A program made the translations under genes and the position numbers. From contig OX638351.1 of the NCBI GenBank assembly GCA_951813565.1, forward strand, positions 2,848,001 to 2,912,000: a stretch of 64,000 bases of DNA. The letters run 5' to 3'. The stretch is from an uncultured Poribacteria bacterium (lineage in GTDB: Bacteria; Poribacteria; WGA-4E; WGA-3G). Below the pieces are notes generated by a model, which saw nothing but the letters and a program-made list of their open reading frames with translations, was not told where the DNA came from and did not search any database. Positions 10,783 through 21,112 of this stretch are shown here, piece after piece; the first letter of the stretch is position 1, and the number at the start of each line of letters is the position of its first letter.

Positions 10783-10909
10783 TATAATACCATTTCTGAT
10801 TAAAATTGTAGCATAAACTTTCAGTTTGTGTTTCCTTTGTAGCATAGACTGTTAGTCTGTGCGCTAAGGTGCGGTTAATGGAATATAAACTTTTAGAAAT
10901 GGTATTATA
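10783..10909. mobile_element. MITE
   Basis: Perfect 15-bp TIR TATAATACCATTTCT / AGAAATGGTATTATA. Confidence 0.7.
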
Positions 10910-11110
10910 CGAGAAGCCTCCACTGCTTGACAACATTTTTTCAAAAGCAAAATCATACCTAATGCGTCTGACACTGAATACGGATTGCCAATGCCTGACA
11001 ACTGGTAACCGAATATCCGTGCCGCTATACAGGTTTTTTCTTGACGGTTTCGGTCAAATGTATTATCATTTTAGTTGATTCCGATGCAGCATCATTTGAA
11101 AGGAACAACA

Positions 11111-11842
11111 ATGCAGAGTCACGAAGTAGATTATGAAATTTTTGGTAACGATATGCAGGTCGTTGAGGTTGAACTTGATAGAGGCGAGACGATCATAGCG
11201 GAAGCAGGTGCTATGAACTGGATGGAGGATGACATTGTCTATGCGGCAAAGATGGGCGATGGTTCCGGTGGTGATGAGGGCTTGATGGGCAAACTTCTCA
11301 GTGCCGGTAAACGTGCTATCAGTGGTGAATCGCTTTTTTTAACCCATTTCACTAACACTGGCAACCACAAGAGACGGGTCGCCTTCGCCGCTCCCTACCC
11401 CGGTCATATTATCCCGATTGATCTTGCCAAATTCGGCGGAGAGTTGCTCTGTCAGAAGGATGCTTTCCTCTGCGCTGCCTTGGGTACTGAACTGGACATT
11501 GCTTTCTCACGGAAATTGGGTGCCGGGTTTTTTGGTGGTGAAGGTTTTATCCTCCAACGCCTACGCGGCGACGGCATGGCTTTTGTGCATGCGGGGGGAT
11601 CAATCGTCAAAAAGGAACTTGTCAACGAGACACTCCGTGTTGACACCGGGTGTCTTGTCGCCTTCACGTCTGGTGTTGATTATGACATTGAAATGGTCAA
11701 AGGCTTAAAGTCAATGTTCTTCGGCGGTGAAGGGCTTTTCCTCGCGACCCTGCAAGGCACAGGTACTGTTTACCTCCAGAGTTTGCCTTTTTCAAAACTT
11801 GCAGACCGTATTATTGAACAAGTGCCAAGAAGCGGAAACTGA
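11111..11842 (+). CDS. TIGR00266/AIM24-family protein
   Basis: [27 protein letters not shown](I)LQ, VDTGC motifs. Confidence 0.9.
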   Translation: MQSHEVDYEIFGNDMQVVEVELDRGETIIAEAGAMNWMEDDIVYAAKMGDGSGGDEGLMGKLLSAGKRAISGESLFLTHFTNTGNHKRRVAFAAPYPGHIIPIDLAKFGGELLCQKDAFLCAALGTELDIAFSRKLGAGFFGGEGFILQRLRGDGMAFVHAGGSIVKKELVNETLRVDTGCLVAFTSGVDYDIEMVKGLKSMFFGGEGLFLATLQGTGTVYLQSLPFSKLADRIIEQVPRSGN

Positions 11843-11938
11843 TATGAGTACTGTATCCACTAAAAAGAATACACGTTCAATTTGAAAATGAATTTGATTG
11901 GTAAATCGTACAAAACGGAATGAAATAATAGGAACAAC

Positions 11939-12043
11939 ATGAAGGCAGACACATTCACCAATACGATTATCGTTGGGGATACAACGAAAGTATTACCAGA
12001 ACTTATAAAGGTAGAAAAACAATACGATGTGATTATTGTATGA
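11939..12043 (+). pseudogene. 5' fragment duplicate of the MTase gene at 14231
   Basis: 11939-12038 matches 14231-14330 at 99/100 nt; 34-codon ORF whose TGA overlaps the ATG at 12040. Confidence 0.85.
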
Positions 12044-13188
12044 ACAAGGACCTTTTACAACTTATCGAAGATTATACTACAAAAGAACACACCGAAATCA
12101 GCGCTAACCTGATCGGTAAATCTAAAGACAGTCTCGTCGCTATGCTTTTAGAATTACTTACGAAATATTATAATGATTTGAATTCTTCTACGATGCGCGA
12201 GTTAGTTGTAGCTGTAGTAGCTGGGTATGAGCCTAGCTCAGAAAAGCTGGGGTATAACGGTTTTAGACATAATACGCTTACAGGAGAAGTCGAACACTGC
12301 GAAATAAAACCTCGCAATTATCGGACTAATTCTATTGCTAAGTCCCCCACTAAATTGAATGGTGGCGGTAATCTCACAGATTACAGTTGGCAAAAGTTCG
12401 AAAGGCATAAAGAAGAAAGCCCCAACATGTTGGTTGCTGGTTTTGTTAATGGACGCCTCATTTACATATTCGGGTTCAGTTTTAACGAACAAAGTTTCAC
12501 ATCCCGATTGCAAGCACAACTTGAACGCAGATTTCCTAATGGTGATAGAATAGGTCAATACCTACGAAGTGCCGATTTTTCATTTATACCAGGACTTACG
12601 CAGTCTTGAAGATTATTGAAGGATTTGAGAGTTGATATCGTAAATAATCGTCCAATAAGCTATCTTTAAGCTCATAAATTGTTCTACCAACTGCACGGGC
12701 AGTGCGTGTCAAACAGACCCATACTTGAAAACAACACGCAATATGATTTCTTTGCGCACGCAACTTGCGACATTGACATTTACCAATACCAGTGACTTGT
12801 TTGATCTCACGATGAAATTGCTCAATCTTCCAACGCACTTTACATTCTTGGATTGTGGCATCCACATCATCATACTCAATGTCATCCTTTACGGATTGCC
12901 AGAGTTCGCTTGAAGAAATGTTTTCATTTCTCAAGAAACGATTGAGTTGATCGTGGCTCCATTTTTCTGTCCGAGCAGCAAAGTAGGTTTGTGTCCAATT
13001 CGTGACACTTGCTATCAAAAACTGACAATAATCGGAAAATAGGTTTTCCTTCTTTTGAGAGTGGGTAAATGTAATCATAATAGAATACTATACACCATTT
13101 TATAAAAATGCGTAAGTCCTGTATACATTACAAGGATGTAGAGAGTTTCGAAACAATTTATACCGCTTCTAAACAAAGCCTTACATAA
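12040..13188 (+). pseudogene. Putative type II restriction endonuclease interrupted by an IS
   Basis: E-I-K motif, next to an m4C MTase; removing the IS and one TSD copy restores ..SADFSFIHYKDVESFETIYTASKQSLT* (stop 13186-13188). Confidence 0.55.
12590..13121 (-). mobile_element. Internally deleted IS701-family-like insertion sequence
   Basis: Perfect 13-bp TIR CAGGACTTACGCA / TGCGTAAGTCCTG; 5-bp TSD TATAC on both sides; 160-aa remnant with SHDQLNRFL and RWKIEQFHREIKQ..CQCR..QRNHI. Confidence 0.88.
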
Positions 13189-13225
13189 CAAAAGGTGTGT
13201 TCGAACACTTGGAGAAGACAGCACA

Positions 13226-14164
13226 ATGAATATTACTGACCAACACCAGCTTAAAGACAACTTGCTGGAAAGTAAGCAAATTACGAAGGATACGCTCGAA
13301 GAAGACAAACTGATTGAAGGCGATACCCTTAGCGTTTTGGGTAAAATAGATGATGATGTCGTCAATGTTGGCGTCACTTCACCACCATACAACAAGCAAG
13401 AAAAGCAAAAAGGCTGGCTTGTAAAAAATGTAGTGTATGATGCTTACAAAGATGCTGTGCCAGAACCTGAGTATCAGCAGCACCAAGTAGATGTGCTGAA
13501 TGAGATTTACCGTGTAACCGCTCCCGGAGGATCGTTTTTCTATAATCACAAAGTCCGATGGGATAGAGGCAACATGTATCATCCGATGGACTGGTTGCGT
13601 AAAACTGAATGGACGGTAAAGCAGGAAGTCATTTGGGACAGAATGATTGCAGGAAACATAAGGGGTTGGCGGTTTTGGCAAGTAGAAGAACGTATTTATT
13701 GGCTGCATAAGCCTATAGGAAACAAATTAATTGGCAAAGAATTGAGATCCTGTGATGCAAAGTTGACATCTATATGGCGCGGTGTTCCTGAAAATGGCAA
13801 AAATAATCCGCATCCAGCACCGTTTCCGCTTTGGTTGCCAGCACGCGTAATTATATCAATTTTAGGGACAGAGACACAAGGCGTTGTGTTAGATCCTTAC
13901 ATCGGCAGCGGCACTACTGCTGTTGCTGCAAAACTTTTAGGGCATAAATACATTGGCATTGATAGAAGCGAAGAATATATGAAAATGACGATTGACAGAT
14001 TAGATAATGCTCCCAGTGAAATGTCTAAAATCCAAGAAGAACTTGGGTTGCATCAGGTGGAGATGACCTTTAAAGAACGCAAATCAAAAGGCAAGAATGT
14101 GGGTAAATATCGCGGCACAGATGATGAAGATAAAACAGGACAAACCACCCTTTTTGAGCGATAA
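13226..14164 (+). CDS. DNA methyltransferase, beta class (probably N4-cytosine)
   Basis: TSPPY precedes HPAPFP and DPYIGSGTT. Confidence 0.9.
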   Translation: MNITDQHQLKDNLLESKQITKDTLEEDKLIEGDTLSVLGKIDDDVVNVGVTSPPYNKQEKQKGWLVKNVVYDAYKDAVPEPEYQQHQVDVLNEIYRVTAPGGSFFYNHKVRWDRGNMYHPMDWLRKTEWTVKQEVIWDRMIAGNIRGWRFWQVEERIYWLHKPIGNKLIGKELRSCDAKLTSIWRGVPENGKNNPHPAPFPLWLPARVIISILGTETQGVVLDPYIGSGTTAVAAKLLGHKYIGIDRSEEYMKMTIDRLDNAPSEMSKIQEELGLHQVEMTFKERKSKGKNVGKYRGTDDEDKTGQTTLFER

Positions 14165-14230
14165 TTATGCTATGAAAAATGTTAGGTTTTCGATCGTTTT
14201 CTACCCAACCTACATCAATAGGAACAAAAT

Positions 14231-15166
14231 ATGAAGGCAGACACATTCACCAATACGATTATCGTTGGGGATACAACGAAAGTATTACCAGAACTTATAA
14301 AGGTAGAAAAGCAATACGATGTGATTATTGCCGATCCCCCATACAACATCGGTAAAGATTTCGGTAATGATACCGAAGTAATGCCAATAGATGATTATGT
14401 TGAATGGGCAGAATCATGGATAAAAGACTGCCTTCAGCTCTTAACAGATGACGGTTTACTTTATCTGTATGGTTTCCCAGAAATTATTGCGCAAATATCT
14501 GTTCGCTTCCCTATCCACGAGCAACGTTGGTTAGTATGGCATTATACCAACAAGACTGTCCCATCATTAAAATTTTGGCAACGGTCTCACGAAACAATAT
14601 TGTGTCTGTGGAAACCGAATATGCCGCGCACAAATTTGGAGATAGACCAAATTAGGGAGCCTTATACTGAGAACTTCCTAAAGAATGCTGCAGGAAAAGA
14701 AAGAAAAGACACGCCTTCACGCTATGGTTCACCGGGCAAAATAACTATTTATAATGCACATAAGAATGGGGCGTTACCCAGAGATGTTATTAAAATTCCA
14801 GCCTTAGCTGGCGGAGCAGGTCGTTCTGAAAGGTGGTTTATTTGTAAAACGTGCGGGACTCAAATTTATCCTCCCGCGGATCTATCTGAGCACCGAGAAC
14901 ACGACATATTGAAACATCCAACTCAAAAACCGATGGAATTAACGAGACGACTCATTCTATCTCGCATCATTGGGCAAGATGGAAAGGTGCTTGTTCCGTT
15001 TGCTGGTTCAGGTTCGGAATGTGTCGTGGCACAAGCATTGGAAGTTGAATATCTTGGTATAGAAATAAATCCTGAATTCGCGGATTTTGCAATGAAGTGG
15101 CTGGAAGCTGAATGTAAACACCAAATGTGGTTGTGGGAGTCTGAAGATGTATCAATTGACTGCTAG
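14231..15166 (+). CDS. DNA methyltransferase, beta class (probably N6-adenine)
   Basis: DPPYN, HPTQKP, PFAGSGSE. Confidence 0.9.
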   Translation: MKADTFTNTIIVGDTTKVLPELIKVEKQYDVIIADPPYNIGKDFGNDTEVMPIDDYVEWAESWIKDCLQLLTDDGLLYLYGFPEIIAQISVRFPIHEQRWLVWHYTNKTVPSLKFWQRSHETILCLWKPNMPRTNLEIDQIREPYTENFLKNAAGKERKDTPSRYGSPGKITIYNAHKNGALPRDVIKIPALAGGAGRSERWFICKTCGTQIYPPADLSEHREHDILKHPTQKPMELTRRLILSRIIGQDGKVLVPFAGSGSECVVAQALEVEYLGIEINPEFADFAMKWLEAECKHQMWLWESEDVSIDC

Positions 15167-15764
15167 GATGGAGCAGACATTACGACAATACTTGGAAAAA
15201 TATCACGACCTATTTGATGGTGGACGTTGTTCGGGATGGGAATTAGAAGAACTTGTATTTAAATCCATTCAATCGGATAGCATAGCAGGTCATCACGCCA
15301 CTTGGCAAGAAGGTGGACACGATGATGAAGCAGATATTCGTGTGCGGGTGAATGGCGAGACATACCCATTACAGATCAAATCTGGCAAGATTAAACAAAT
15401 TAAATCAGGTGATGAAAGAAAACCACATCTTGTATTGTCAGGACATCGGTTAGGACGTTTTAACGGTGACTTTGAGGATATGACGGAATATCTAAATGAG
15501 GATAGGGCAAATTTTTTATCTATACCTTATCGTAAAGTAGATGATGATAAAGGAAGACACCATATTTACCAAATAGTATATGTTGAAGGAGTCTATCTTC
15601 GTCAACTCAGTCCTTCCCGATGGGAACAAGTAAGCAAGTCCACTTGGAAACAAATCAATCCACATGGTGTAATCTTCACACTACATCCTTCTATGAGTTG
15701 GCAAGTCTGGTGGCGGATACCATTATCGTTAGTAAATCATTCGCCAGAATTCATAATCAGATAA
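15147..15764 (+). CDS. Putative restriction endonuclease (PD-(D/E)xK-like)
   Basis: Overlaps the MTase 3' end; EE..ADIRV..LQIKSG pattern. Confidence 0.5.
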   Translation: MYQLTARMEQTLRQYLEKYHDLFDGGRCSGWELEELVFKSIQSDSIAGHHATWQEGGHDDEADIRVRVNGETYPLQIKSGKIKQIKSGDERKPHLVLSGHRLGRFNGDFEDMTEYLNEDRANFLSIPYRKVDDDKGRHHIYQIVYVEGVYLRQLSPSRWEQVSKSTWKQINPHGVIFTLHPSMSWQVWWRIPLSLVNHSPEFIIR

Positions 15765-15823
15765 TAGTATAAAAGTTATATTTGAGTTGAAAACTTATCT
15801 GTTTTTTTGTGTTTGGAGTCTAT

Positions 15824-16927
15824 GTGAAAATTCGCAGTATAAAAGCTTATCAAGTTGACCTCCCACTTTACGAAGGCAGCTATAATTGGTCCGGTGGGAA
15901 ATCTGTATCCGTCTTCGACAGCACCATCGTCTCAGTTGAAACGGACGAAGGCATTACAGGTTACGGTGAGGTGTGTCCGTTGGGACCGTTCTATCTCCCC
16001 GCCTATGCAACGGGAACCCGGACCGGTATCACTGAACTCGCACCGCATCTCATCGGTGAAGACCCGACCCAACTGCTGCCGCTCAACCAACTTATGGATA
16101 TCACGCTCAAAGGACATCCGTATGTGAAATCCGCAATTGACATCGCGTGTTGGGATATCCTCGGCAAGATTTCAAACCAATCCGTCTGTACACTTCTCGG
16201 TGGAAGGTATGGACAGGATTTCATGCTCTATCGTGCGATTTCTCAACAATCTCCTGATGAGATGGCGGATAAAGTGGCAACATATCGCGCGGAAGGGTAT
16301 CGCAAATTCCAGTTGAAAGTAGGCGGAGACCCAAATACTGATATTGAACGTATTCATGCTGTCTCAGAATTGATGGAACCGGGAGATGTGCTTATTGCGG
16401 ACGCGAATACCGGTTGGTTGATGCACCAAGCCGCACGTGTCGTGCGTGGTGTCCGCGGTGTGGATGTCTACATTGAACAACCCTGCCTCTCCTACGAAGA
16501 ATGCCTCGCCATTCGCGAACGGACAGATCACCCCTTTGTGCTTGATGAGACGATTGACAGTATCCATGCGTTGTTGCGTGGTCATGCTGACCGTGCGATG
16601 GATGTCGTCAACATAAAGATTAGCAAATTCGGCGGACTGACCAAAGCGAAACTTGCAAGAGACCTCTGCGTTGAACTCGGTGTTGCGATGACAATTGAGG
16701 ACAGTTGGGGTGGCGACATCACAACCGCAGCGATTGCCCATCTCGCCCATAGTACACCAACAGAATTTCTTTTCACAGCAACCGATTTTAATAGTTATGT
16801 CACCGTCAGTACAGCGGAAGGTGCACCGCAGCGAGTCAATGGTAGAATGGCAGCCGCAACGCAGCCGGGTTTGGGAATTGACCCTAATATGGATGTATTA
16901 GGTGAAGCGGTGGTTCACGTGGAATGA
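15824..16927 (+). CDS. Enolase-superfamily enzyme, cis-3-hydroxy-L-proline dehydratase-like
   Basis: [36 protein letters not shown] motifs; GTG start inferred. Confidence 0.78.
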   Translation: MKIRSIKAYQVDLPLYEGSYNWSGGKSVSVFDSTIVSVETDEGITGYGEVCPLGPFYLPAYATGTRTGITELAPHLIGEDPTQLLPLNQLMDITLKGHPYVKSAIDIACWDILGKISNQSVCTLLGGRYGQDFMLYRAISQQSPDEMADKVATYRAEGYRKFQLKVGGDPNTDIERIHAVSELMEPGDVLIADANTGWLMHQAARVVRGVRGVDVYIEQPCLSYEECLAIRERTDHPFVLDETIDSIHALLRGHADRAMDVVNIKISKFGGLTKAKLARDLCVELGVAMTIEDSWGGDITTAAIAHLAHSTPTEFLFTATDFNSYVTVSTAEGAPQRVNGRMAAATQPGLGIDPNMDVLGEAVVHVE

Positions 16928-16931
16928 TCGT

Positions 16932-17897
16932 ATGAGCATTAGAATCCTCTCCGCTGCCGATGTCCGAGCAGCCTTACCTATGCCCAAAGCAATTGATGCG
17001 ATGCGGCACGCCTACGGTCAACTCTCAGCAGGCAAAGTGACGGCACCACCACGACTACATCTCTCCACCGACAAAGGCGTTACGCTCATCATGCCTGCCT
17101 TTCTCCCCGAACGTAGTGAATTCGGCATCAAAGTTGTTTCCGTTTATGACGACAATCCGATCCTTAATCTACCCCGCATTACTGCAACAGTCTTAGTGCT
17201 TGACCCGACGACAGGATCGCCAAAAGCATTCATGGACGGTGCCAGCCTTACTGCCATTCGAACCGGGGCAGGTGGAGGTTTAGCAGCAGACTTACTTGCA
17301 CGGAAGGACGCAAAAAAAGTTGGACTGTTCGGAGCAGGTGTACAGGCGCGGGCACAGTTGCAGGCGGTGATGGCAGTTAGAGACATAGCAAACGTCAATC
17401 TTATCAGTCGGACACAAGCATCAGCACAACAACTCGCTACCGAAATTTCGGGGTGGACAGACGCACCAGAAGTCAAACTCGTCCCTACGCCGCAACAAGT
17501 GGTAGCAGATGCTGATATTGTTATCTGCGCGACAACATCAGCAACACCGCTTTTTGACGGAAATGATCTAAAACCGGGCACACACATCACAGCCGTTGGC
17601 ACGTTCGTGCCAGAAAAACGGGAAGTTGACACGATAACCGTAAGACGCGCAAACCGAATTGTGGTAGACTCGCGGGAAGCCTGTTTAGAGGAGGCGGGAG
17701 ACCTGATTATTCCGAACGCTCAAATTGACGCTGAAATAGGCGAAATCGTCAATGGTGACAAACAGGGGCGGCAGTCAAACAACGAGATCACGTTTTTTAA
17801 ATCGGTAGGCGTGGCGGTGCAGGATGCAGTTGCAGCATCAGTAATACTTGCTGAGGCGGAGGCGAAAGCGTTAGGTGTCCTCATTGAAATCGGATGA
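16932..17897 (+). CDS. Ornithine cyclodeaminase/mu-crystallin family (possible pyrroline-2-carboxylate reductase)
   Basis: LTAIRTGA, GAGVQA, EEAGD, FKSVGVAVQD. Confidence 0.9.
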   Translation: MSIRILSAADVRAALPMPKAIDAMRHAYGQLSAGKVTAPPRLHLSTDKGVTLIMPAFLPERSEFGIKVVSVYDDNPILNLPRITATVLVLDPTTGSPKAFMDGASLTAIRTGAGGGLAADLLARKDAKKVGLFGAGVQARAQLQAVMAVRDIANVNLISRTQASAQQLATEISGWTDAPEVKLVPTPQQVVADADIVICATTSATPLFDGNDLKPGTHITAVGTFVPEKREVDTITVRRANRIVVDSREACLEEAGDLIIPNAQIDAEIGEIVNGDKQGRQSNNEITFFKSVGVAVQDAVAASVILAEAEAKALGVLIEIG

Positions 17898-17904
17898 CGA
17901 AAAT

Positions 17905-18621
17905 TCATTGAGGTTGTTCATTAACCTTACGTATCGCTGGCAAATGCCACCACGGAACGTCCGGGTACTCGTGGTGTTCCCAATGATACCCGAAGTGATA
18001 ACAGGTAATAAATGACCAGAAAGTCGAATACGCATTGCTCTTTGCACAGTGCGGGTTCTCATATCCACCCACTGGAGCGCGGTGCGGTAGATATGTCCCG
18101 AAATAAAAGAGTTGTAACGTGCTAAACAATGCCGGAGAAACCCAGAATAGTATCAGGTTAAGGGTGGGGATCCCCAAAACGTACTCCATAATCTGAAAGA
18201 CAACCGCCATGCCAACAATCTGCTTCCAACTGAGGTATTCTTTCATAAAATGAAGATACCACGCCAAGAAACCACTGTGTTCTCCATCATGAAAATCCGG
18301 ATCTGCATCGCTTGCAGGTGTTCGGTGGTGTGCCCAGTGCTTCTCTAATAATTTGCGATATGAAAACAGCGCGTATAACCTAACAGCGATTGTGCCAATT
18401 ACATTGTTGATGCGTGGGTGCTCCCGACATACCGATCCGTGCATCGCATCGTGCGCTGTGATGAACAAACCGGTATACAGAAAGTTCTGCCAAAGTATGC
18501 CTAATGGTATCAGCACAATACTAACTCGAACGACATCAAGTGTAAGGAAAATTGAGAGACTCAATCCCCATAGACCGATAATCGCTAATGCTATGAATAA
18601 ACCCTTATTTGTCGGTTTCAT
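17905..18621 (-). CDS. crtW: Beta-carotene ketolase
   Basis: TGLFITAHDAMH, HWAHH, DPDFH, QLFYFGTYLPHR, CYHFGYHWEHH His boxes; ATGA overlap with the upstream gene. Confidence 0.92.
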   Translation of the reverse strand: MKPTNKGLFIALAIIGLWGLSLSIFLTLDVVRVSIVLIPLGILWQNFLYTGLFITAHDAMHGSVCREHPRINNVIGTIAVRLYALFSYRKLLEKHWAHHRTPASDADPDFHDGEHSGFLAWYLHFMKEYLSWKQIVGMAVVFQIMEYVLGIPTLNLILFWVSPALFSTLQLFYFGTYLPHRAPVGGYENPHCAKSNAYSTFWSFITCYHFGYHWEHHEYPDVPWWHLPAIRKVNEQPQ

Positions 18622-19304
18622 AGGCACTTCAAATCCACGAGTCCGAAATAAACGAGTTGCGCAAAATAGAAGTGAAACGCGATTTGAGGCAAGGCTCCCC
18701 ACCCCTTACTGTGAAGGGACGGTTGGGAAAACAAGCCCAATTTTATACCGATCATCGCAAAGACGAAACCCAACCCGAACCACGCCAGATAGTTTTGCAG
18801 CGGAATACGGTTATCCGCCCATAACCAATAGTCTAAAATTTCTGCTGCGGGTTCCATGAACATGTCGAAACAGACCATTAACAACGCCACACACAACGCT
18901 AGATTGACCGGACTTTTAACTATGGATTTCGGTGCGATCCTTTGAACAACCGCGACTGAGGTGACAAGCATTACAAACCACGCGCATCCAATACAGATCG
19001 GTACACCATCAATCGACGGACGCAGTGTCTGTCCGTACATATACGCGCCGAAAATTTGGCTTGTCCGAACGCCGAGCCACTCAATTCCGAAGCTACCCAC
19101 AACAACGCATACACTCCAGAGAAAAAATTTCCGCTTTTCTTGCTGTGGGCATATCCGCCAGCATTCCCAAAACAGCCAAACCGCTAAACCAAACATCATC
19201 GGCGCAGCGAGAACTCGCATGACTCCTTGGAAAACACCAAGTACATGCCACAACCCACCGGCTCCTAAAAGTAGATAAAGCACCCCTATTTTTAGTTTAT
19301 CCAC
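18618..19304 (-). CDS. cruF: Carotenoid 1,2-hydratase (CruF/DUF422 type)
   Basis: E-x-x-GV-x-T..FG-x-Y-x-Y, D-x-x-x-EP-x-A, YW-x-W, PLQNYLAW; multi-TM. Confidence 0.78.
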   Translation of the reverse strand: MDKLKIGVLYLLLGAGGLWHVLGVFQGVMRVLAAPMMFGLAVWLFWECWRICPQQEKRKFFLWSVCVVVGSFGIEWLGVRTSQIFGAYMYGQTLRPSIDGVPICIGCAWFVMLVTSVAVVQRIAPKSIVKSPVNLALCVALLMVCFDMFMEPAAEILDYWLWADNRIPLQNYLAWFGLGFVFAMIGIKLGLFSQPSLHSKGWGALPQIAFHFYFAQLVYFGLVDLKCL

Positions 19305-20426
19305 TTACCCGTTTACCTGCATGTCGATCTGCCGCCCTTTCCACTGCAAGCGACCGCGTTTGACTTGATAGAATGAATTGATACCAATCAACAAAGTTGC
19401 CAAAACACCAAGCGGATGCAAAACCACACTCGTAAAGAATGGGTGTTTGTATTTCAGTGCCAGTACAACCCGCATAACAACGTTCATAGAGATTGCAATA
19501 AGAGACAGTTTCGTAAATGGCTCGAACCAGACAGTGATATACGGGAAAACGCACATTGTAAACAGAATAAACGTTAGCGCAAAAAACGGAACTGTCTTGT
19601 AGCGGACCAGCCCAAAAAGGTTTTTGGAAAATCCACTCCATACCTCACCAAACGAATGATACATCCTACAACACACCACGCGAGTGCCAGCCGAGGTCAA
19701 GATTCTGATACCACTCTTTTTTGCCAATCGGCTTAACTCAACGTCCTCAACAATCTGACTTGATACGGCTTGATGTCCGTCAATTTGATTATATGCCTCG
19801 CGGGTGAATGCAATCCACAAACCGCTCGCGGCAGCAAGTGAAGGTGAACGACTGAAGTACGTAAGCCATAACGGAAGCCCGGCATAAACGAACATGTCAA
19901 CCACCGGTACCACGAGTTTTTCTGCTAAAGTTGCTGTTACTTTCTCTGGAAACGCCGACAATAATCCAAGCTTGAATTTCTGCATGTAGGCAACAGTATT
20001 CGCAATCGCGTCCGGTGCAGGACGGTTATCCGCATCGGTGAAAATGAGTATCTCTCCATCCGCATGCTGGCTGAGTTGATGGCACGCCCAATTTTTCCCT
20101 AACCATCCAGCGGGTAATGGTTTACCACGGACCGCCTGAACTTTAGGATACTTTTCGCCGAACTTTTCAATAATCGCACCCGTCCGATCCGTTGATTGAT
20201 CGTCAAGAACGCGAATCTCAAAATTGTCGTACTTTTGCGCCAGAAACCCGTCAATGCAAGCACCGATGTTGGCTTCCTCGTTGCGAGCAGGAATCAGCAC
20301 CGAGACACGTGGACGGTCCTGGCACTCGCCTGCTTTTTTGAGCATAGGAGCGGTCACGGCGTTAAACAGTGTGACTGTCAAAACAACCGTCATCAACCCA
20401 ATAGTGATAAACATCAATATAAACAA
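19305..20426 (-). CDS. Carotenoid glycosyltransferase (GT2; CruC/CrtQ-like)
   Basis: VLIPARNEE, DDQSTD, GWLGKNWAC, FTDAD, IVEDV, CRMY. Confidence 0.85.
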   Translation of the reverse strand: MFILMFITIGLMTVVLTVTLFNAVTAPMLKKAGECQDRPRVSVLIPARNEEANIGACIDGFLAQKYDNFEIRVLDDQSTDRTGAIIEKFGEKYPKVQAVRGKPLPAGWLGKNWACHQLSQHADGEILIFTDADNRPAPDAIANTVAYMQKFKLGLLSAFPEKVTATLAEKLVVPVVDMFVYAGLPLWLTYFSRSPSLAAASGLWIAFTREAYNQIDGHQAVSSQIVEDVELSRLAKKSGIRILTSAGTRVVCCRMYHSFGEVWSGFSKNLFGLVRYKTVPFFALTFILFTMCVFPYITVWFEPFTKLSLIAISMNVVMRVVLALKYKHPFFTSVVLHPLGVLATLLIGINSFYQVKRGRLQWKGRQIDMQVNG

Positions 20427-20455
20427 TATTATTGTCCTACCTTAACTGATAACCA

Positions 20456-21112
20456 TTATAGCAAATTTTGACCCTCTTCTTGACGAAGTATCCGCAATGC
20501 TAAGTCATCCAGCAAATCAATCTCAGTTTTTTCGAGCCAGTCCATCCCATGAAACGTATCCATGTTGAACGAATTGACATCCCCAAAAAGAAAAAATACT
20601 TTAGGACGTTTTTCACCCAGAAACTCGGTGCGAATTGCCAAAGGAAGAACAGCTACCGGTTTTCCATATTCCCGTAAAATCCATTCAACACCGCTCTTAT
20701 AGTCGAGCGGGCGCGTGTGCCACGGCAATAGTTGTCCTTGTGGAAAAACCGAGACCAGCGGTGTCCCTTGATTCAGCATCTCCACGGTATATTCCAGTGA
20801 TTCAACGATACCTTGCCGATGCTTCGGTTTGATCGAATAAGCACCTATTTTCGCAAAGAACCTGTACTTAGATAGTTGCTCCTCCAGCATCATCAGATAG
20901 GCAGTTCGCCGAAAAATCCGTTTGTTGAGCAGATAAACAAAGAATCCATCCCACCATGTGCTGTGATTAGGGAGTAATAACAACGGCAAATGAGATGGGA
21001 TTTCCGGTGGTGCCCCCAAAAGTTGGATTGTGTGAAAATGCCGCTTGAATAACCACGTAACATACGGTTGGAAAATGAGATCAGCCCAGAGGCGATGCTG
21101 TGCACGAATCAT
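20456..21112 (-). CDS. PlsC-type acyltransferase (carotenoid glycoside acyltransferase, CruD-like)
   Basis: PNHSTWWDGF (HxxxxD), VFPQG; cluster context. Confidence 0.8.
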   Translation of the reverse strand: MIRAQHRLWADLIFQPYVTWLFKRHFHTIQLLGAPPEIPSHLPLLLLPNHSTWWDGFFVYLLNKRIFRRTAYLMMLEEQLSKYRFFAKIGAYSIKPKHRQGIVESLEYTVEMLNQGTPLVSVFPQGQLLPWHTRPLDYKSGVEWILREYGKPVAVLPLAIRTEFLGEKRPKVFFLFGDVNSFNMDTFHGMDWLEKTEIDLLDDLALRILRQEEGQNLL

